A stretch of 64,000 nucleotides of DNA, taken from assembly GCF_009834535.1 (NCBI RefSeq), contig NC_045698.1:3536001-3600000 (forward strand), given 5' to 3'. Positions 38,271 to 53,061 of this stretch are shown here, piece after piece; the stretch's first letter is position 1, and every line of letters begins with the position of its first letter. The DNA is from Camelus ferus. Its lineage: Eukaryota. The notes beneath the pieces were generated by a model. It ran no database searches. It was not told the DNA's origin and saw only the letters and a list, made by a program, of their open reading frames with translations. Both the position numbers and the translations under genes were made by a program.

Positions 38271-41200
38271 CCACCTGGGAGCGAAAGAGGGCAACTGCAG
38301 CCTTGAAGGGAAGGAGGAAGCGAGGTGGGCAGTGCCCTGAGCAGCCCCCTGAGTGGAGAGCTTGGGCCTGCAGGTCCTAAACTGAGCCAGATCGCCCAGG
38401 TCATGGGTACAGACTTGGTGGGCAGAGTTGGCTTAACCAGTTGGTGGAACCAGAATTAGGATAAAAGAAAAAAAAAGGTTATAATTCATTTCATTTCAGT
38501 GATTCACCAATAAAAATATGTCACTATGTCCATCTAAATGCCACCTGGGGGTTCAGAGGGTCCACTTTTTGTCTGAGATGCATTTTGTCAAAGCACATGA
38601 CTGGCATTTTTAAGGTATTGGTTGGGGCTCAATTAATGACGCGAGGGAAACAGGCTGAGTCAGTCCTGGACAGAGGGCACCATGCTGCTCTTCTCCGGGG
38701 TGACTTCGGTTTTGCTTCCATCTGACAAGGGCTTGGCTTCCATCCAGCGTTTAAAGATGTGCATTTTTTCCCCAGCCTGGACACCAATGTGAGCAAACCA
38801 GCACTTGGTTTGTGGCTCAGTCCAGGAGCAGGGGTGCTCGCTGCCCAGGGAGGCCCGCACACGGGCATCCTGAGAGCCTCTGGGGTCTGTCTGACACCCC
38901 ACCTTTCTAGAAGCATCAAGGAGCACTGGCTCTGCCCCACAGGAAGTCTCCTAAGCCCGCTGCTGTGCCGAACAGCTTTGGGTAAACGCTCCTAGGAGTG
39001 CTGATGAGGGAGCACGTGTCTGCATTGTGAGGAGCTATGTCTCAGGGAACATGGCTTCAGAAACCAGAGAACCGGGCAATTCGTTCAGTGGACTGAAACC
39101 ATTGCCATTTGTCTTTGCAGGCCAGGTTTGTTTGTTTGTTTTTCAGGTTGTATTTTCCAGAAGGCAAGACCACAGGGACAGGAAGAGGGTGGCTCTTGGA
39201 ATACTGGACTGAATATTGGCCACGTATTTCTGAGCCATCTGTCAGTTCATAATTGGTCACTGAAAACTTTTCCTTAGCTACCACCTTGACAGAGATGTGG
39301 ATTTGCAAATATCTCTCCTCCGCAGCCCCAGGAGTGATGTGTCCACATCTGGGGCTTGTCTGCAGCCTCCCCAGCGGGGCAGCCGTGGGCTCACGCTGCC
39401 AAGGGTCTTTCTGGATTAGCCCTTGCCAGAGCCAGGTTCATGGTGTCAAGTATTCTGAGCATCAGTCCTGGAAAACTCATGTGTTCGTCCAGTGGTACCG
39501 CTCAAGAAATCAAACTATGCAACTTAAATGCAGACAGTAAGGGTCAAAGAAGAAGGAAAAAACACTTCGCACTGTTAACAATTTCATCTACTCGAAATAT
39601 CATACTATCCTCCTCAACATAGTTGAAGAATGTACTCTCCCTATTTCGGTTCACCTAGAAATCATCTCATCTTATTTAACAATAGCCAGTGACTTGCATT
39701 CTTGAGTGTGGTATTTATAAACAATGTTTAGATTTAATGAGAAGATTCATGAATTCTACCACTTGTATGTTTTGGGTGGGTCCCACCTGTAATTCATGCC
39801 CTCAGTCGGAATTTATGCTCACAAATCATGCATATTCTTTTCATGCTGGAAAAAAAAGGCTACAGGTGTCTAGCTTGGCTCCTGCTACTTGACGTGAAAT
39901 GACACTGTAATAAACTAGATTTTAAAAAGGAAGATGCTTTAAGCTAGCTTTTAAAAAGACAGACACTGCATCTGTCTCCATAGCAACTAGTGCCAAGGGT
40001 GGGCTTCTGGCTTATGGAAGGGTTCTGTCACAGGGTTCTTTAAGGTTTGAGGCCAAACTCACAAGGCAGTACCGTGTGGCAGACTGTGAAACGGCACATT
40101 CCTGCTCCCTGAGAAACTGCCTGAGTCATTTTGGAAGGAAAAGGTATTTTTTCTCCTACCGTAATCTCTCTCCTTTCTGCCTGCCTCCTCATCCCACCCC
40201 ACCCCCACCACCGTAAAAAATTTTTCATTAAACTAAAAACAAAAAATTACTGACCTTACAGGACTAGGAAAATTGAGCAAATCTGTACAGTGAACTCACG
40301 GAATCTAGAAAGAGCTTCAGCCTAAGAGGGAAACCAAACTCATTGACTTTAGAATTTGACACAGGAATTTAATCGTTTACTTAGCAAGTCACATTGGAAT
40401 TTGCTTAAGAATTCAGATCAATTTTGATTGACTTGTGACATGCTGTCATTCCAAAGCCAGCTATAAGCCATGGTTTTGCCAAACATATTCATATTCAAGT
40501 TGTCGAGGCCTTATAATATTATTAAGTTCTAGAAGGAAAACTAGATTTATGCATTAATTTTCTCATGGGGCTGTGAGATATTTTTTTGACCAGTATGAAT
40601 ATCATTACTGCATCTTAGATTTTTCTCAACCCTTTTTAGGCAGTGTTTCTGCTTAAGCAGTCCTTGTTTTGTTTATAAAGTTTCCAGTAAATATTATGTA
40701 TGTTTCATTGCATTTTTTAAAGGCACACATAAATTTTTAAACAATATTCCCAGAACCAAAGAGATCCTTAAATTAATTTGTTTCAGTAAGTCACATTTTC
40801 AATTAAAATACTGCTTTCAAGACAAGACCTCATTTCAACCAAGAAGTGATGTTGCAGGGTCAGAAAGGACCACGTGATAGCAGAAACAATTTTTATGTTC
40901 AGCTTCATTTCTTTTCCTACCGGTTCCATATAAGTTCAGGGCAAAAGACCCAAAAGAGAGAGCAAATTCTCAGTATGCTTCTGACTGCGGTCACCAGGAA
41001 TGTAATTGTCATAAAGGAAAGGCCACAGACTCCTAGAATGTTTAGATTTGTCTGGATCCAAGGCAAGGCAAGAATCCACACAACTACCCTCTTTTGCCGC
41101 CAGCTGCCACGTTATCACAGTCTTATTTTACTTCTATGTCAAAAAAAAATTCCACCACTAAGGGATTTTTAATTGTTTTGATGCATTTATTACATGTATT

Positions 41201-41824
41201 AATAAAAAAGAGGACTGAGAGAATAATTCACTTAAATCCTCAAAATCAACATTTAAATTAAACCTAGGTTTTTGCTTCTTACATCTATTATTTTAATCAG
41301 TTTTATTCTATTGAGTAACTACATGCAGACGGTTTAAAAAGTCGTACTGAGCGTTAAGCTCACTGAGAGAAGTCACACTCCCTGCCCCGCCCCCAGCCCT
41401 CGCCAGTCCCAGTGACCTGGGGTAACCAATTCAGTTATGCTGGTTCTCTCTTCTGGAACCTATTGCAGTGTTTCTAAATCGTATGTGTAATTGCCATTTT
41501 CCTGCTTGTTGGTTTTGGAGATCATCCTTTTATCCATCACAGGGGAGGCTGTGGCTGTTCTGCCTCACTTTGTATGGCCCTCCCGTCACTAAGCTCTCTC
41601 CTAGTGCCAACTTCCTTTGCCTCCATCCTTCCAGTAAGATGACATCCCATTAGTATTCCTCATTTACGTCATTGTTGATTATTCTTTGCTGGCTGAGTAG
41701 AATTCCCTGATTTTGTGTCCTTTTTGTATATAACATTTTATTTTTCTAAAAGGTAACAATTGCCTGAATTGCCTGTTTAGGTTTTTTTTTTTTTTTTTAA
41801 CATAAACCCCTACAAGATTCATGT

Positions 41825-42130
41825 TCATGGGTTTATTATTTAACCACTGGAAGCTGAGAGCCGGCTCTGCTCCAGGCACTTGGGACGCATTAACGGCAGA
41901 CAGACAGAAGTCCGTGTCTTGAGTTGCACAGGGAGAGACACAGTCTACAGTTAAACAGAGGGTATGTTTTAAACTATGGCGTATTTAGAAGATGATAAGA
42001 GGCATGGATAAAAAGGAAGAAAAAAGAACAAGGCAGAGGCGGTCGGAGCTGTAGGGGCAGGGGTGTAGGGTGACCGGCAGGCTTCACTGAGCGGATGGGG
42101 GCTGGACAGGAGGTGGAGGAGGGGAGGTGT
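41825..42130 (-). mobile_element. L2 relic
   Basis: tttattatttaacc...ctctgctccaggcacttgggacgcatt...cagacagaagtcc...ggcttcactgag. Confidence 0.5.
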
Positions 42131-43686
42131 CACACGCCTGTCACGGTGCTTTGCACACCGTTAAATACACCAGAGACCTCAGTTCCTTTCCCCTGGGGAC
42201 CTCATCCCAGTGCCACTGTCCCTGCTCCGACCTGGGCAGATCATCCCGGGACTCCCTTCTCTAGGATGTGGGAAACCCGGGGTCCCCGGGGCCTGGCCGG
42301 GTCTGTCTCGGCGGACCCCGCCGTCCCGGGGAACAGCCTCTTCCACTGTCTGAGAAAGTGTCGGGGGAGCTGAGCCGTCTGAGGCCTCAGGGATGCCAGC
42401 GAGTCTGAGAACAGGATGCAGGGGTGGGAGTCACTGTCCCTCGGACCTTGGTGAGCGTGACATCATGGTCTGCCTCGTGCTGCAGCCGCTCAGCTGTCTG
42501 CTGCTAATCCGGCTCCAGTCCTTTTCTTGGGATCTGGTTTTCTGCTGCTGGTGGTTTGGTTCGGTTTGGTTTTTTTCCTCTCCCTTGCTGGGAGCTGGAG
42601 GGTCTTTTATTTATTCCTGAGTTTCTAATCTGCTTTAATGTCGTCATATCTTCATTGTTTGCTGAGTCCATCGTGGGCCCTTTCAATTTAGGGAAAAAGA
42701 GTATTTTAATAACTTCCCCTTTCATTCTTTATGACTTTGCCTTCTGAAATCTCAGTACCTTAGGCTCATGTTTCAATGCTCCTATGTTTTCTTTTCAAAT
42801 GTCCATCTCTTTATCTTTTTGTTCTAGGAGATTTTTACGTTTTATCTTTCAGGTTTTCTGCTGTCTTCATTTTCTAATATCTGACAAATACTTTTTTTTT
42901 TTTTTGGTCTTTGATCTTCCCCCCTCTCTTTTAAGACATCCTGCTCCTCTCTGTTCCTTTTGGAAAATCCTGTTGTTGCTCTTCCTTCATTTCTGTCTTG
43001 TTTCTCCTTCTCTTTGTTTCTCTCCCTCCTCTTACCCACGATTCTCTTCCCTCCACACTCCTCCCCCTCTTAGCTGGACGGTGGGTGTTTCTCCTTGTCT
43101 CTCACACGGATGGCCTCCTCCACACCCAGGAGCCCTTCTCTGTCCAGGCGAACTGAGACTGGGGCCTCAGGATGCACATTAGACATCCTCTGGGCTGAGA
43201 CAGGATTCTTCACCTGCTCTGCCACCTCCCCAGATTTTCTCCCAGGAGTCTCTCTTTCTCCAAAGAAGGGTGCTGCCGTCAGGTGTGTGTGTGTGTGTTA
43301 GGGGGTGGGCCAGCATGTGTGCCCAGCGCAGCAGGGAAGGTGGCTGGGGCTGGGGTCTCCGAGCTTCCCATTCCGACACCTCTCCCAGTTCTCTAGAGTC
43401 CGTCTCTCCAGTGGGAATCCTCTTCCTTGGCTTCCTTTAGAACTGGGGGAGGCAATCGAGATAAACACACACACTCAGACCACCATGTTTCACTAAGGGT
43501 GTCTCTTATTGTTGCTTAAAGTCACAACTAAGGAGTCATAAGATACTGAAAATGCACACTGCGCAGTTAGCAGAAGTAAACTGAAGCGAGGCAATTGAAA
43601 TATGGAGAAAAATTATTAGAAATTTTTACACAAGTCTATGGTTAACTGTATTTTGTATTGAAAAGAAAAGGAAGTAAGTTACTCCC

Positions 43687-43800
43687 TAGAGTGATCAACT
43701 CATTCTAAATAACCCAGGATTGTCCTGGTTTTAAAACTAAAACTCTCATGTCTAGGGAACTCCCTCAATTCCAAGCCAGCCAGAGCGATGGGTCACCACA
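43687..43800. mobile_element. MER81-like hAT-Blackjack MITE
   Basis: tagagtgatcaac...ggattgtcctggttttaaaactaaaa...gatgggtcacc; about 114 bp with degenerate TIRs. Confidence 0.65.
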
Positions 43801-44368
43801 CCCTCTCTCTCCATGAGAAATTGACTCATGGTGGAAGATGCCCACCTAGTACTTCTCGTGCAGCCAGTGATGGTCACCACTGGTTACTTTGGAAAGAGAA
43901 GCAGAAACACCCAGAGCATCCAGGTGCAATGTCAGTGCGGGGATGGCAGCGATTAGGGGCTTACGTGGAGCCAATGAAGCCTTAAGACTCCCCTCATTTC
44001 AAGTTTCCAGTTCTGATGTCACTTTTCTTACAAGGGTTTTCCTAAATTACAGTAGCTTCAGGCCCCACAAAACCTGGATTCCCCCCAGTGATGGTGATGA
44101 TGATAATGATAAAATCATAGTACCTGGCATTAATTGAATGCAGGACGAAATGAGGGAGTAACTCCTTCAGGTGTCACAGTAGCCCCGGTGAGTGGACACC
44201 ATCACGCTCCCCAGGGTGCAGATGTGGAGACTGGGGCAGGTGGGCATCGGAGGGGTACAGCAAGAAAGATCTCAAGGGGATGCTTAAGCCAGCCAGACAG
44301 TTGTGAAAGTGCTGTGTGAGTGAATCAATGGGAAATTATATTTCACAACTCCTTCCCTTCGCTGCATT

Positions 44369-44369
<1 letters not shown>

Positions 44370-44409
<40 letters not shown>
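44370..44409. repeat. (GT)20 microsatellite
   Basis: Perfect dinucleotide run of 40 bp. Confidence 0.95.
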
Positions 44410-44411
<2 letters not shown>

Positions 44412-45049
44412 CATAGAAGACGGGACTCCCACAGTGTGCCCGGAAGCGGTCCGGTTTATCCACTCCATCCAGTTCCTCTTGTCCCACAAGAAATAACAGT
44501 GCTCTTTTACCCTCGAAAAGCATCCTGTGGTTCTGGATGATAAATTATTTGATTGTTCAACACATAGCCCTCACTCTCTGGATAATCATTCATGGAAATT
44601 TGTCTTAGGATCTTAGACACACTTCTTATAACTGTTACATAATATTTTTAAAGTTAGTATGCACAGAAGTTTGTATTTTGTAGTAAAATCTTGTTCATAT
44701 AACTTACTTAGAAAGCTTTTTATCCTCTAATGTTGTGAAATATTCTCTTCAGACATTTTGGCTACTTTAAATATTTGACTTTTGGTCAAAATGAGATTGA
44801 TTTTAATGTAAAGAATGAAATAAAAGCAACTGCAGTTTTTCTTCAGTGCCCAGCAGTCTGTCCCAGCACCATTTATTGAAAAATTCATCTTCCTCCCACT
44901 GATTTGGAAAGTCAGCCTTCATCATAGATGTGATAAATAATTGATGTGGATGGAACTCTGGGTACCAGTGACATGAATATGACATATACCATATGTATAA
45001 TTGTTTGACTGGCCCTTATGCTTTTCCCTGTTTAACTGGTTTATTCTTT

Positions 45050-45388
45050 TTTTTTTAATTTTTTAAATTTTGTATTGGAGTATAGTCAGTTACAGTGTGT
45101 CAGTTTCTGGTGTACAGCACAACATCTCAGTCATGCATATGTGTGTGTGTATATATATATACATACACATATACATGTATTCATTTTCATATTCTTTTTC
45201 ATTAAAAGCCATTACAAGATATTGAATATAGTTCCCCATGATATACAGAAGAAATTTGTTTTTTATCTATTTTTACATACAGTGGTTAGCATTTGCAAAT
45301 CTCAAACTCCCAGATTTATCGCTTCCCACCCCTTTTCCCTGGCAACCATAAAACTGTTTACTGTGTCTGCAAGCCTTTCTTTTGTGGA
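45050..45388 (-). mobile_element. 5'-truncated L1 with perfect TSD, inside an older L1M relic (about 44550-46000)
   Basis: TSD tggtttattcttt at 45037-45049 and 45389-45401; host shows cccagcaccatttattgaaaa and gggattacactgcatt. Confidence 0.88.
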
Positions 45389-45777
45389 TGGTTTATTCTT
45401 TCAGCCAGAATCTCACTGTTTGATGGCTATAGCATTTTATGAATGACTTGTCTTTCCTAAAATTTTTCTGGCTCTTCTTGAATGCTTTTTCCAGATGCAT
45501 TTTATATTCATGTTGTCAAGTTAAAGAATAAAAAAGAATCCTTTTGAAATTTCAACTGGGATTACACTGCATTATTAGATTAATTTAGACAAAATTGATA
45601 TCTTGAAAATATGGAAGCTGCCAACCAGAAAGCAATTTTTTTCTTCTTCATTCCTCCATTTGGTCATTGAATCCTTCAAGAACAATTCACAGATGTATTT
45701 CCATAAGTGAATGTATTTATATTTTTCCTGAATGCTTCATAATTTTATTAATATTATGAGTGAAATCTTTATGCATT

Positions 45778-45945
45778 ATATTTTTATTGAAGTATAGTTG
45801 ATTTACAATTTTGTGTTCATTTCAGGTATACAGCAAAGTGACTCAGTTATATATATATATTTGGAATATATATATAATAGAATATATATATTCTCTTTAG
45901 ATTCTTTTCCATTTGCGATTATTACAAGACACTGAGTATGTCCTT
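45778..45945 (-). mobile_element. Short L1 3'-end fragment
   Basis: attgaagtatagttgatttacaat...tttcaggtatacagcaaagtgactcagttata...agattcttttccatt. Confidence 0.75.
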
Positions 45946-48900
45946 TTACAAGTAAGCGCCGGCTCTGTACTTGATAGGAGTTGCCCATTGCATTTCTGTT
46001 TATCTTGTGAAAACTCCACTTGTTTCTGTTTTCTCAGGTGTTACTGAATTTTAGCTAATATGTTTCCTCCTGATATAACAGTTTTATGGCAAAAGTGGAG
46101 AGATTTTAAGAAAAGAAGTTGACAAATCTGTTCTAAGAAGTTTGGGAGGTTCTTCACATAGCACAGGGTAGAAGTGTGCGTCCTACCCACTTTCTCTGAG
46201 GAAGCCCACAGGACACTGTCACCTCAGGGTCTGATCAAGAGCATTGGCCTTCTCTATACACACAGGTCTGTGTTCCTCATGCAAAAGATGGAACCTCACG
46301 GGAGCCAAGGGTCCACATACTGAGTGTTGACTGATGTTCTCAGTGTTTGTGTAGGTGACACTCTGTCAGCCCCCAAGTCACTGGAGGACACTTGAACTAA
46401 GAAGCACTTCCATAATTCAAACAAGTGAACACTTCTGACATTAAATTTGTGAAGAAAAAGAAAAAGAACATCTCATTCTCTAGCCTGAGATGAATGAGAC
46501 CTGGAATGTGCAGTTAATCGCACCATCCTTGCATTCCTATCATGAACCCCACGTGACCACTGTGTATTTTTTTTACCACATTGGTAGCTTTAATTTTATA
46601 GCATTTCTTTATGATTTTTCACACATTTGATAAGATTGTTCTGTGATTTTATTTGTGTGCTGTTTTTCAATAGATAAGTCTTGTAGTAATTATTTCATCT
46701 AAGCTTCCTTCTAATTTTCAGTTATTTAATGTTTCCCTACTGTCACTTTTCTAACTTTTGATTTATGGCCATCTCTTTTTTACTACTCTGGTTATTTAGG
46801 AAACATACATATATCTCTAAATCTGCTTTAATTACCTACACTATTTAAGATAGTATGCTTTAGCCATTCATTTTTGATTTATCAACTTCACAAAGTAAGC
46901 TATTAAAAAAAAAAACCCTATTGGGCAAAATAAGGTGATTAGTAATTATTGAAACTCAGCAGACTAGAGGACTTTTGGCATTGGATTCATCAGTCTAGAT
47001 CATCTGACTATAGACTGTTGAGGACTTGGAATATGTCTTGGTTTCTCTAGAACAATGAAAATTTGCACAGCCTGTTCAACGTCCTTGCATGTCTGTTAGA
47101 CTGTGACACACAGTGAGCCATACACAGGACTCTGTATTCAGCCCTCCACTGGCCATAGCATTTTCAGATGTCTTTACTGGTTCTTCCTCAGGAGGCCCTT
47201 TTCTTGAGTTCAGAGAAGCGAATTTCTCACAGATTTATATCCCGTGTCTGTGAACACTTGTCCAATTCTCTAATGGCCACTTGTGTATCTGTAGACCTTA
47301 CATCATGTGGGCAGTTAAAGAAAGACATCATCATACTGTCTAAACTACCCAGACATCGTTTCCACGTTCTGCATATGATATATTGGAATAAATTATCATA
47401 AATGCTATACTGGTTGGCTGCCGTCCCAATTTGAGTCATTTAAACCAGCTGAGTTAGAGAATGAAGTCTTTACATGTGGGGCTTCTCTCTGCCTCAATTC
47501 ATTATAAGAATATTGAGCATATGTGAAACTATTTGAATATCACTAGAGTATTATGTCTAGATAGAAAATGTAAATACCATTGAATTATTAGGTTATTTTA
47601 GCCTAATTATAAGGCTCTTTTTTAGCATAAGTTACTAAATTATATTGATTGTAGTGCAGGAAATAGCATTAATGAGATGCTAGGGTAGCGCGTGCCTCTT
47701 CTTCTCCTCCTAGTCTTCTCTCATCCATGTTTTTAAGGGCAGTGGATGAATATAACATTTACCACACGATTCATCTGATAGATTTTGTGATGTGATATCT
47801 GAAGCTTTAGATTAGGAAGTTGATTCCAAGGACTAAAACAGTATTTTGTTATATAATGATTAGTTTATTTATTTGAGTCATCAAATAACTACCAATATTA
47901 TTTAACTAAATATTCTTGAAAGTGTTACAACCTTTCGGTATTTACTAATGTGTAAGACCCACCCGATGGGAAAAAATTCAACCAACAAGTACCTAAGACC
48001 TAGTAAGAAAACAAGAAATAACTAATCTGCAGCGTCTTGAAGAAGAATGAAGGCAACTGAAGACGGTTGTTTCACAGGGACCGGAGCCGGGAGGTTACGT
48101 AAATATTGTTCTACATACTCTGTGTGTTCATTTCCTGGATCCGATTAATCTCCTCAAAGTGCGACGGTGAGAAGTCCTCCCTGCAGAGAGTGGAAGGGTT
48201 CCAGCCTTGTGGAGAAAGAGGACTCAGCGTCAGATGTGAAGCGGACATTCCTGGCAGGCTCCCGGCCTAATGGCCTCCCGCGGTCAGAAAAATCATCACG
48301 GCATGAGGTGCCTTCAACGCAGTTTGGAAGCTGTTTGACAGCTTAAAAGATGAAACTTAGAAGTTCTTTGAAATCGTCGTAAAAAGTCACATCCTGCCAT
48401 CATTTTGTGGAAACTACAGTGAACATTCGTGTGTCTGCTGTCGTTTCTGCCCTTTGCTTCTAAATTCTTCACCCAGAGCCCCGCGCAGGCGCACACCTCT
48501 GACTGCGTCATTCAGTCAGCATCACTGCTGTCATAAATTAAAAAAAAGAAAGCAAGGACCTGAGGGTACCAGTTCTGTTTCGTTCTAGCATGCTAGCTGC
48601 TCAGAAGGCTCTGTGGCCACCTCGTGGACTTGGGTTGTGTGAGCCTGTGGCCCTGGTGTCCCTCTAACCTCCCAGCAGAGAATGTGACTGAAACTCTGTG
48701 CGGGATGCTGACATGGGTTTCATCCATGGAGTCGGTGTGCTGACAGATTTGCCCTGTGTACAAGATGGATTCGATCTGCTTCCTTGGTTTCTCTTATAAA
48801 ACCCAATGGATTTATGGCCATTCTTGGTAACACTGGTACATAAACCTTCAGTGGATGGCCCGAACTGACCAATCCCACTTGGCACAGACCCTTGGGGCGC

Positions 48901-49864
48901 CCTGTCCCGGTCCCGGGCATGAGCCTTGGGAACTGAGTGGCTGTGCTCTGGCTCACACCGTCCAGATGTGCTGGGCGAGGCCGCCTGGAAAGCATTCTTA
49001 GAAAATTGACTTGTGTGTCTGGAGAAGATCATTTCAAAGCATTTATCTAGGAGTGAACGTCCAAGAAACCCAAGAGCACAGATACCAGAAAAGCCTGAAA
49101 CTGTAGGCGGAGGGCTGGCATCATTTTAAAATCCTTCTCATAAAAGGCCGAAGCCACAGTGGGGAGGGCTCACCTCCTGTGTTGGAGCAGGAAGCTGGCG
49201 TTCCTCCCCAGGAAAACGAGAGTCCCGAGGAAGTGAGCCGGGACGAAGTTCCCAGTGACTCTTCTGTGACTTAAAGTGCATTTTGCACCTTGAGAGATGA
49301 ACTAAACCGTCTCCTGTGGGAAGATCATTCATTTTAAAGGGGAGAAAAATGAACCTAAGTCACTTGTGGAGCATTTAAATTCATTAGACGCATAGACTTT
49401 CCCAAGCACCTTGCTAACAGCTTCTTTTGAGAAGCCAGAGAAGAGACTTCAGACACTACAGGAAATCTGAACGTCGTCGTGACTAGGAGCAAAGCTGCTT
49501 GGAAGGCACGCGGCCCTACTAAGTATTTTGCCCCCGACCCAATACTGACTCATTAAGGACTTTTCAAAAAAAAACTGCTGCCTGGTAATTAGCCATAAAG
49601 CAGAAAGACACAGCTTTTACCTAGAGCAGTGAATTCCACACTTACCGAGTATGAAATAAATACACATAAAATTTGCAACCGTCCAATTAAGATGTGTAAT
49701 GCCCTCAAAATTCCTGAATACATTCATTTCTCCTCCGACTTTTTAGAGCTAAGCCACCTTAGATGGCTGCCTCATTAGATTTCCCCAGCTGAAAGGCTGG
49801 CCTTGCTGAAGCCTGGATTCACTGAGCAGGGCTACGGCAGGCTGGGCCATAAGACACAGCTCTC

Positions 49865-50090
49865 TGCGTGGTCTCCCTGCCCCTCTGCTTCCCAGCTGTG
49901 TGACCTTGATCATCTAGAACCTGAAAGCAGCATCAAACGCTTTCACCATCTCTGGGCCTCGGTTTCCTCATCTGTAAAACAGGAATTCTGACGGCACCTC
50001 CCCTGGGGTCGCTGAACGGATTTGTGTGGGAGTGGCTTAACCTGCATATGCATGCGGAACAGCGCAGGGAACAGAGCAGGCACTGGGTGT
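49865..50090 (+). mobile_element. MIR SINE relic
   Basis: cagctgtgtgaccttg...tctctgggcctcggtttcctcatctgtaaaa. Confidence 0.75.
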
Positions 50091-50630
50091 GCGTGGAAAG
50101 AGACCCAGGAGGCTCCCGGGCTCTGAAACTGGACTCTGGGCTCAAAGCCTAGCCCACACGGCTTGTAAGACCTTCCTGTGTTTCACTCTCATCCTCAACG
50201 AAATGGAGTAAGGAATGGTGCCCAGGTCACTGGGCTGTGCTCCCCAGAGCTTAGAGCCTGGCTGTCCCTTCACTGAGCTCTGTGAGGGGTTGCTCGGCCC
50301 CTTCCCAATTCTTGCCATATTTAAAGCCATCTGCTTTGGGCCTCAGTGTCTCTTTAAAATTTGTGACTATTTTGCTAGAACTTCAAGATTTCACCTGTGG
50401 GGCTGGTTGCTTTTGCTGCTGTTGTTTTGTTGTTCACATCTGTTTCCCACAGCGAGGTAGCCTGGCCCCTTCCCCCTGAGGAATCAGCTCTGGCCACACT
50501 CGAGATAGGCCTGCAGCTCCGATGCCCCCACCTTCTAAAACCATCCCGGCCATCCTGTAAATACCCTGTGCTTCCTGGTTATCTGCAGATGTGTTCGGTC
50601 CTCTTCCCCCTGAGTGGAGCTGGTTTAAGT

Positions 50631-50833
50631 CCAGGGCTGGCACACAGGGGCACAGGCAGCCCGCCTCCCGATTCTGTAAATTAGGTTTTACTGGACCCAC
50701 CTGCCCATTTGTGTCCACGCTGCTGCCGGCTGCCTCGTCCCGGCCACGGAGAGCTTGAGTAGTTGCAATCGCCTGGCCAGCAGCCAAAAATGCATACGCT
50801 CTGGCCCTTGAGTAAAATGTTTGCCAACTCCTG
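50631..50833. mobile_element. MER58A-like hAT-Charlie MITE
   Basis: cagggctggca...tgtaaattaggttttactgga...ttgagtagttgcaa...ctggccctt...tttgccaactcctg with degenerate TIRs. Confidence 0.7.
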
Positions 50834-52149
50834 GGCTGGATGAAAGCCTCTGTCCAGCAAAATGGGTGTCCTAACAGGAAATGTCTCTACTGTCTGCTGC
50901 TCTTTCTGGGGGCAAAGTAAGTGTTAATGTTATTGCAGCCACAGATTCCAACGGCTGGGAAAAACCGACCCTAGTTTAGGTGTACCGTCCGCTGACCGTT
51001 AGTGGGCAGGTGTCTTTCAGAAGGAGTCCGATGATGTGTTTAGGAATACACTTGTCTTCTCAGTGATTTGGGTAACATGTTTTATTATCCTTTCTCAATT
51101 AGGAGAAAGGCCTGTCTTCAGGACAGGAATGTTGCTCTAAGTCAAGAAGTCAATTAGAGGCAGAATCCACAGATCTGTGCAACATGCAAGCTCATATTCA
51201 CACAGCTGGTTTTGGCCGAAATCATATAATTTCCTAGGCAGCTATGAAAACGTCTGAACATTGTGGGTGGCGTGACATCGTTTTCTCTGCATGTAGTGGG
51301 AGAAGAACCCCTTCTCCTTCGGGAACGCTCCTCGATAAGGTGTTGCCTGAAAGCAGTTCTAGGAGTCCCAGGCTCTCCTCGTTTCTCCACGCAGTAGGCT
51401 TCTGCAGCGTCTCTCGGGGGTTCTCCGAGTGTCTAATTACCTTTTCCTTTTGAAAGACAGGCTTTTTAAGAGGGGGATACCAGTAGTTTCTTTTACAAAC
51501 CTTCTCTGTGTAGAACCTGACTGCCGTGTTCTTTCACCAATGACCGGTTGTTTTTGTTCTGGTCTCAGGTGAGGAACAACCAAACAGAGGAGGTACACCT
51601 GCCCAGAGCCTTTACAGCATTCTTTGGATATGAATAAATGTATTTAATTACCTTTCCTTGGGGGCATGTTTCCCATATTTCTTCATCCTTCCCCCATCAC
51701 CATTTTTAGAACCTAATTCTAAAATTTCCCAATAATTATCTAAAGCGTGAATATCCTAAAATTGCAGGTTTTCAACAGCATGATCCCTCTGTCACAATAT
51801 TTTTACCCACAATCAGAAAATCACTTAGAAGTGATACAACAAAATTAATGGGCATGTCTTTGTGATTTTCTTTCGTTTTTTCAAAATTCAAATTTACTAG
51901 TCATGTCCTTATCAGCTTCTCAATGATTTTCAAAAAGTATGTATAAAATAACACGAATGCAGTAAGGAAGCATGGCTTTCCCTCGTCGTTTGTATGTTGC
52001 GTCGACAGACTGAAGGGCTGTATTTGTTGCACCAGGTGGACTGGATGTGAATGCGCTCGCCTCCCCAGGTGAGGGCTGAGGAGCAGAGGGAGAAGAGAAG
52101 GAGAGGAGGAGATGCAGGGATAAGTCATGGGAACCATGGCTGACCCTTC

Positions 52150-52325
52150 AGCAGCCCCGACTGTGCTAACCCATCGGTCTTCCCACTCCTCGTAGGGCAG
52201 AGACTGATCATCTCGACTTTGCAGATGAGAAAATGGACACAGACATTCAGTGATTTCCCAACGGGCACACGGCTGAGGCGGGTGGAGCCACCTCACGCTG
52301 GGTCAGACCCAGGGGTCTTCATGCC
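52150..52325 (-). mobile_element. MIR SINE relic
   Basis: ctttgcagatgagaaaatggacacaga...gtgatttcccaacgggcacacggct. Confidence 0.55.
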
Positions 52326-53061
52326 AGGACCATGGACTTGAGCAGGGCTTCGCCAAGCACTTGGACGTGGTTATAATCCTGTGAAATTCTGTATCCACAC
52401 CACAGGCAAGAGTAAATCCTCTCAAACATAGATGGTATGGCGACCCTACTGGGAAGTTTCAGGAATATTACTATATTTAGCTACTAACGTACCTCTATAT
52501 CCACGAAGTGAGGATGGTGATGCTCACTGTCAGTTCTTCAGCGGGTGTGGGGTGTATTGCCTATGCTTAGACCTGGGAGATCCACAAAGGCACTGATGAA
52601 ATGTCAAATTCTGAACCGTAGGTTCTGTGGACAGAGAGAATGGCTACCTCTCACGAGACAAGCCCACCTCCGCGGCCATAGTCGGGACACCAGCATCTCA
52701 CCCTGGCAACCCCCACAGCTCTGGTTGGCTTTCCTCCACCAGCCCAGCTCCCTGTATCTCTCATCCATTCTGCAGTGGCTGGGATCCCTCTAAAATGCAG
52801 ACCCAGCGTAGACTCTCCTCTTCATCAAGGCTTGCATGCCTCTCGTTGTCACAGGCTTGGAACCCAAACCCCCTTACATGGCCCCCAGGGTCCTCCAGGG
52901 CCAGGCCCTGCAAGTGCTCTGTCCTCTTTGTCCCAGTTCCTTGGTTACTGGACCCCTTCTTGCCACTCCGCCACCAGCCCTCTCACCTTGGCTTCCCATG
53001 TGGTCTATCTTAACGCTCACCCCTCTTCCAGGGTGTTTGTACATCTCTTTTCACAGCCATT

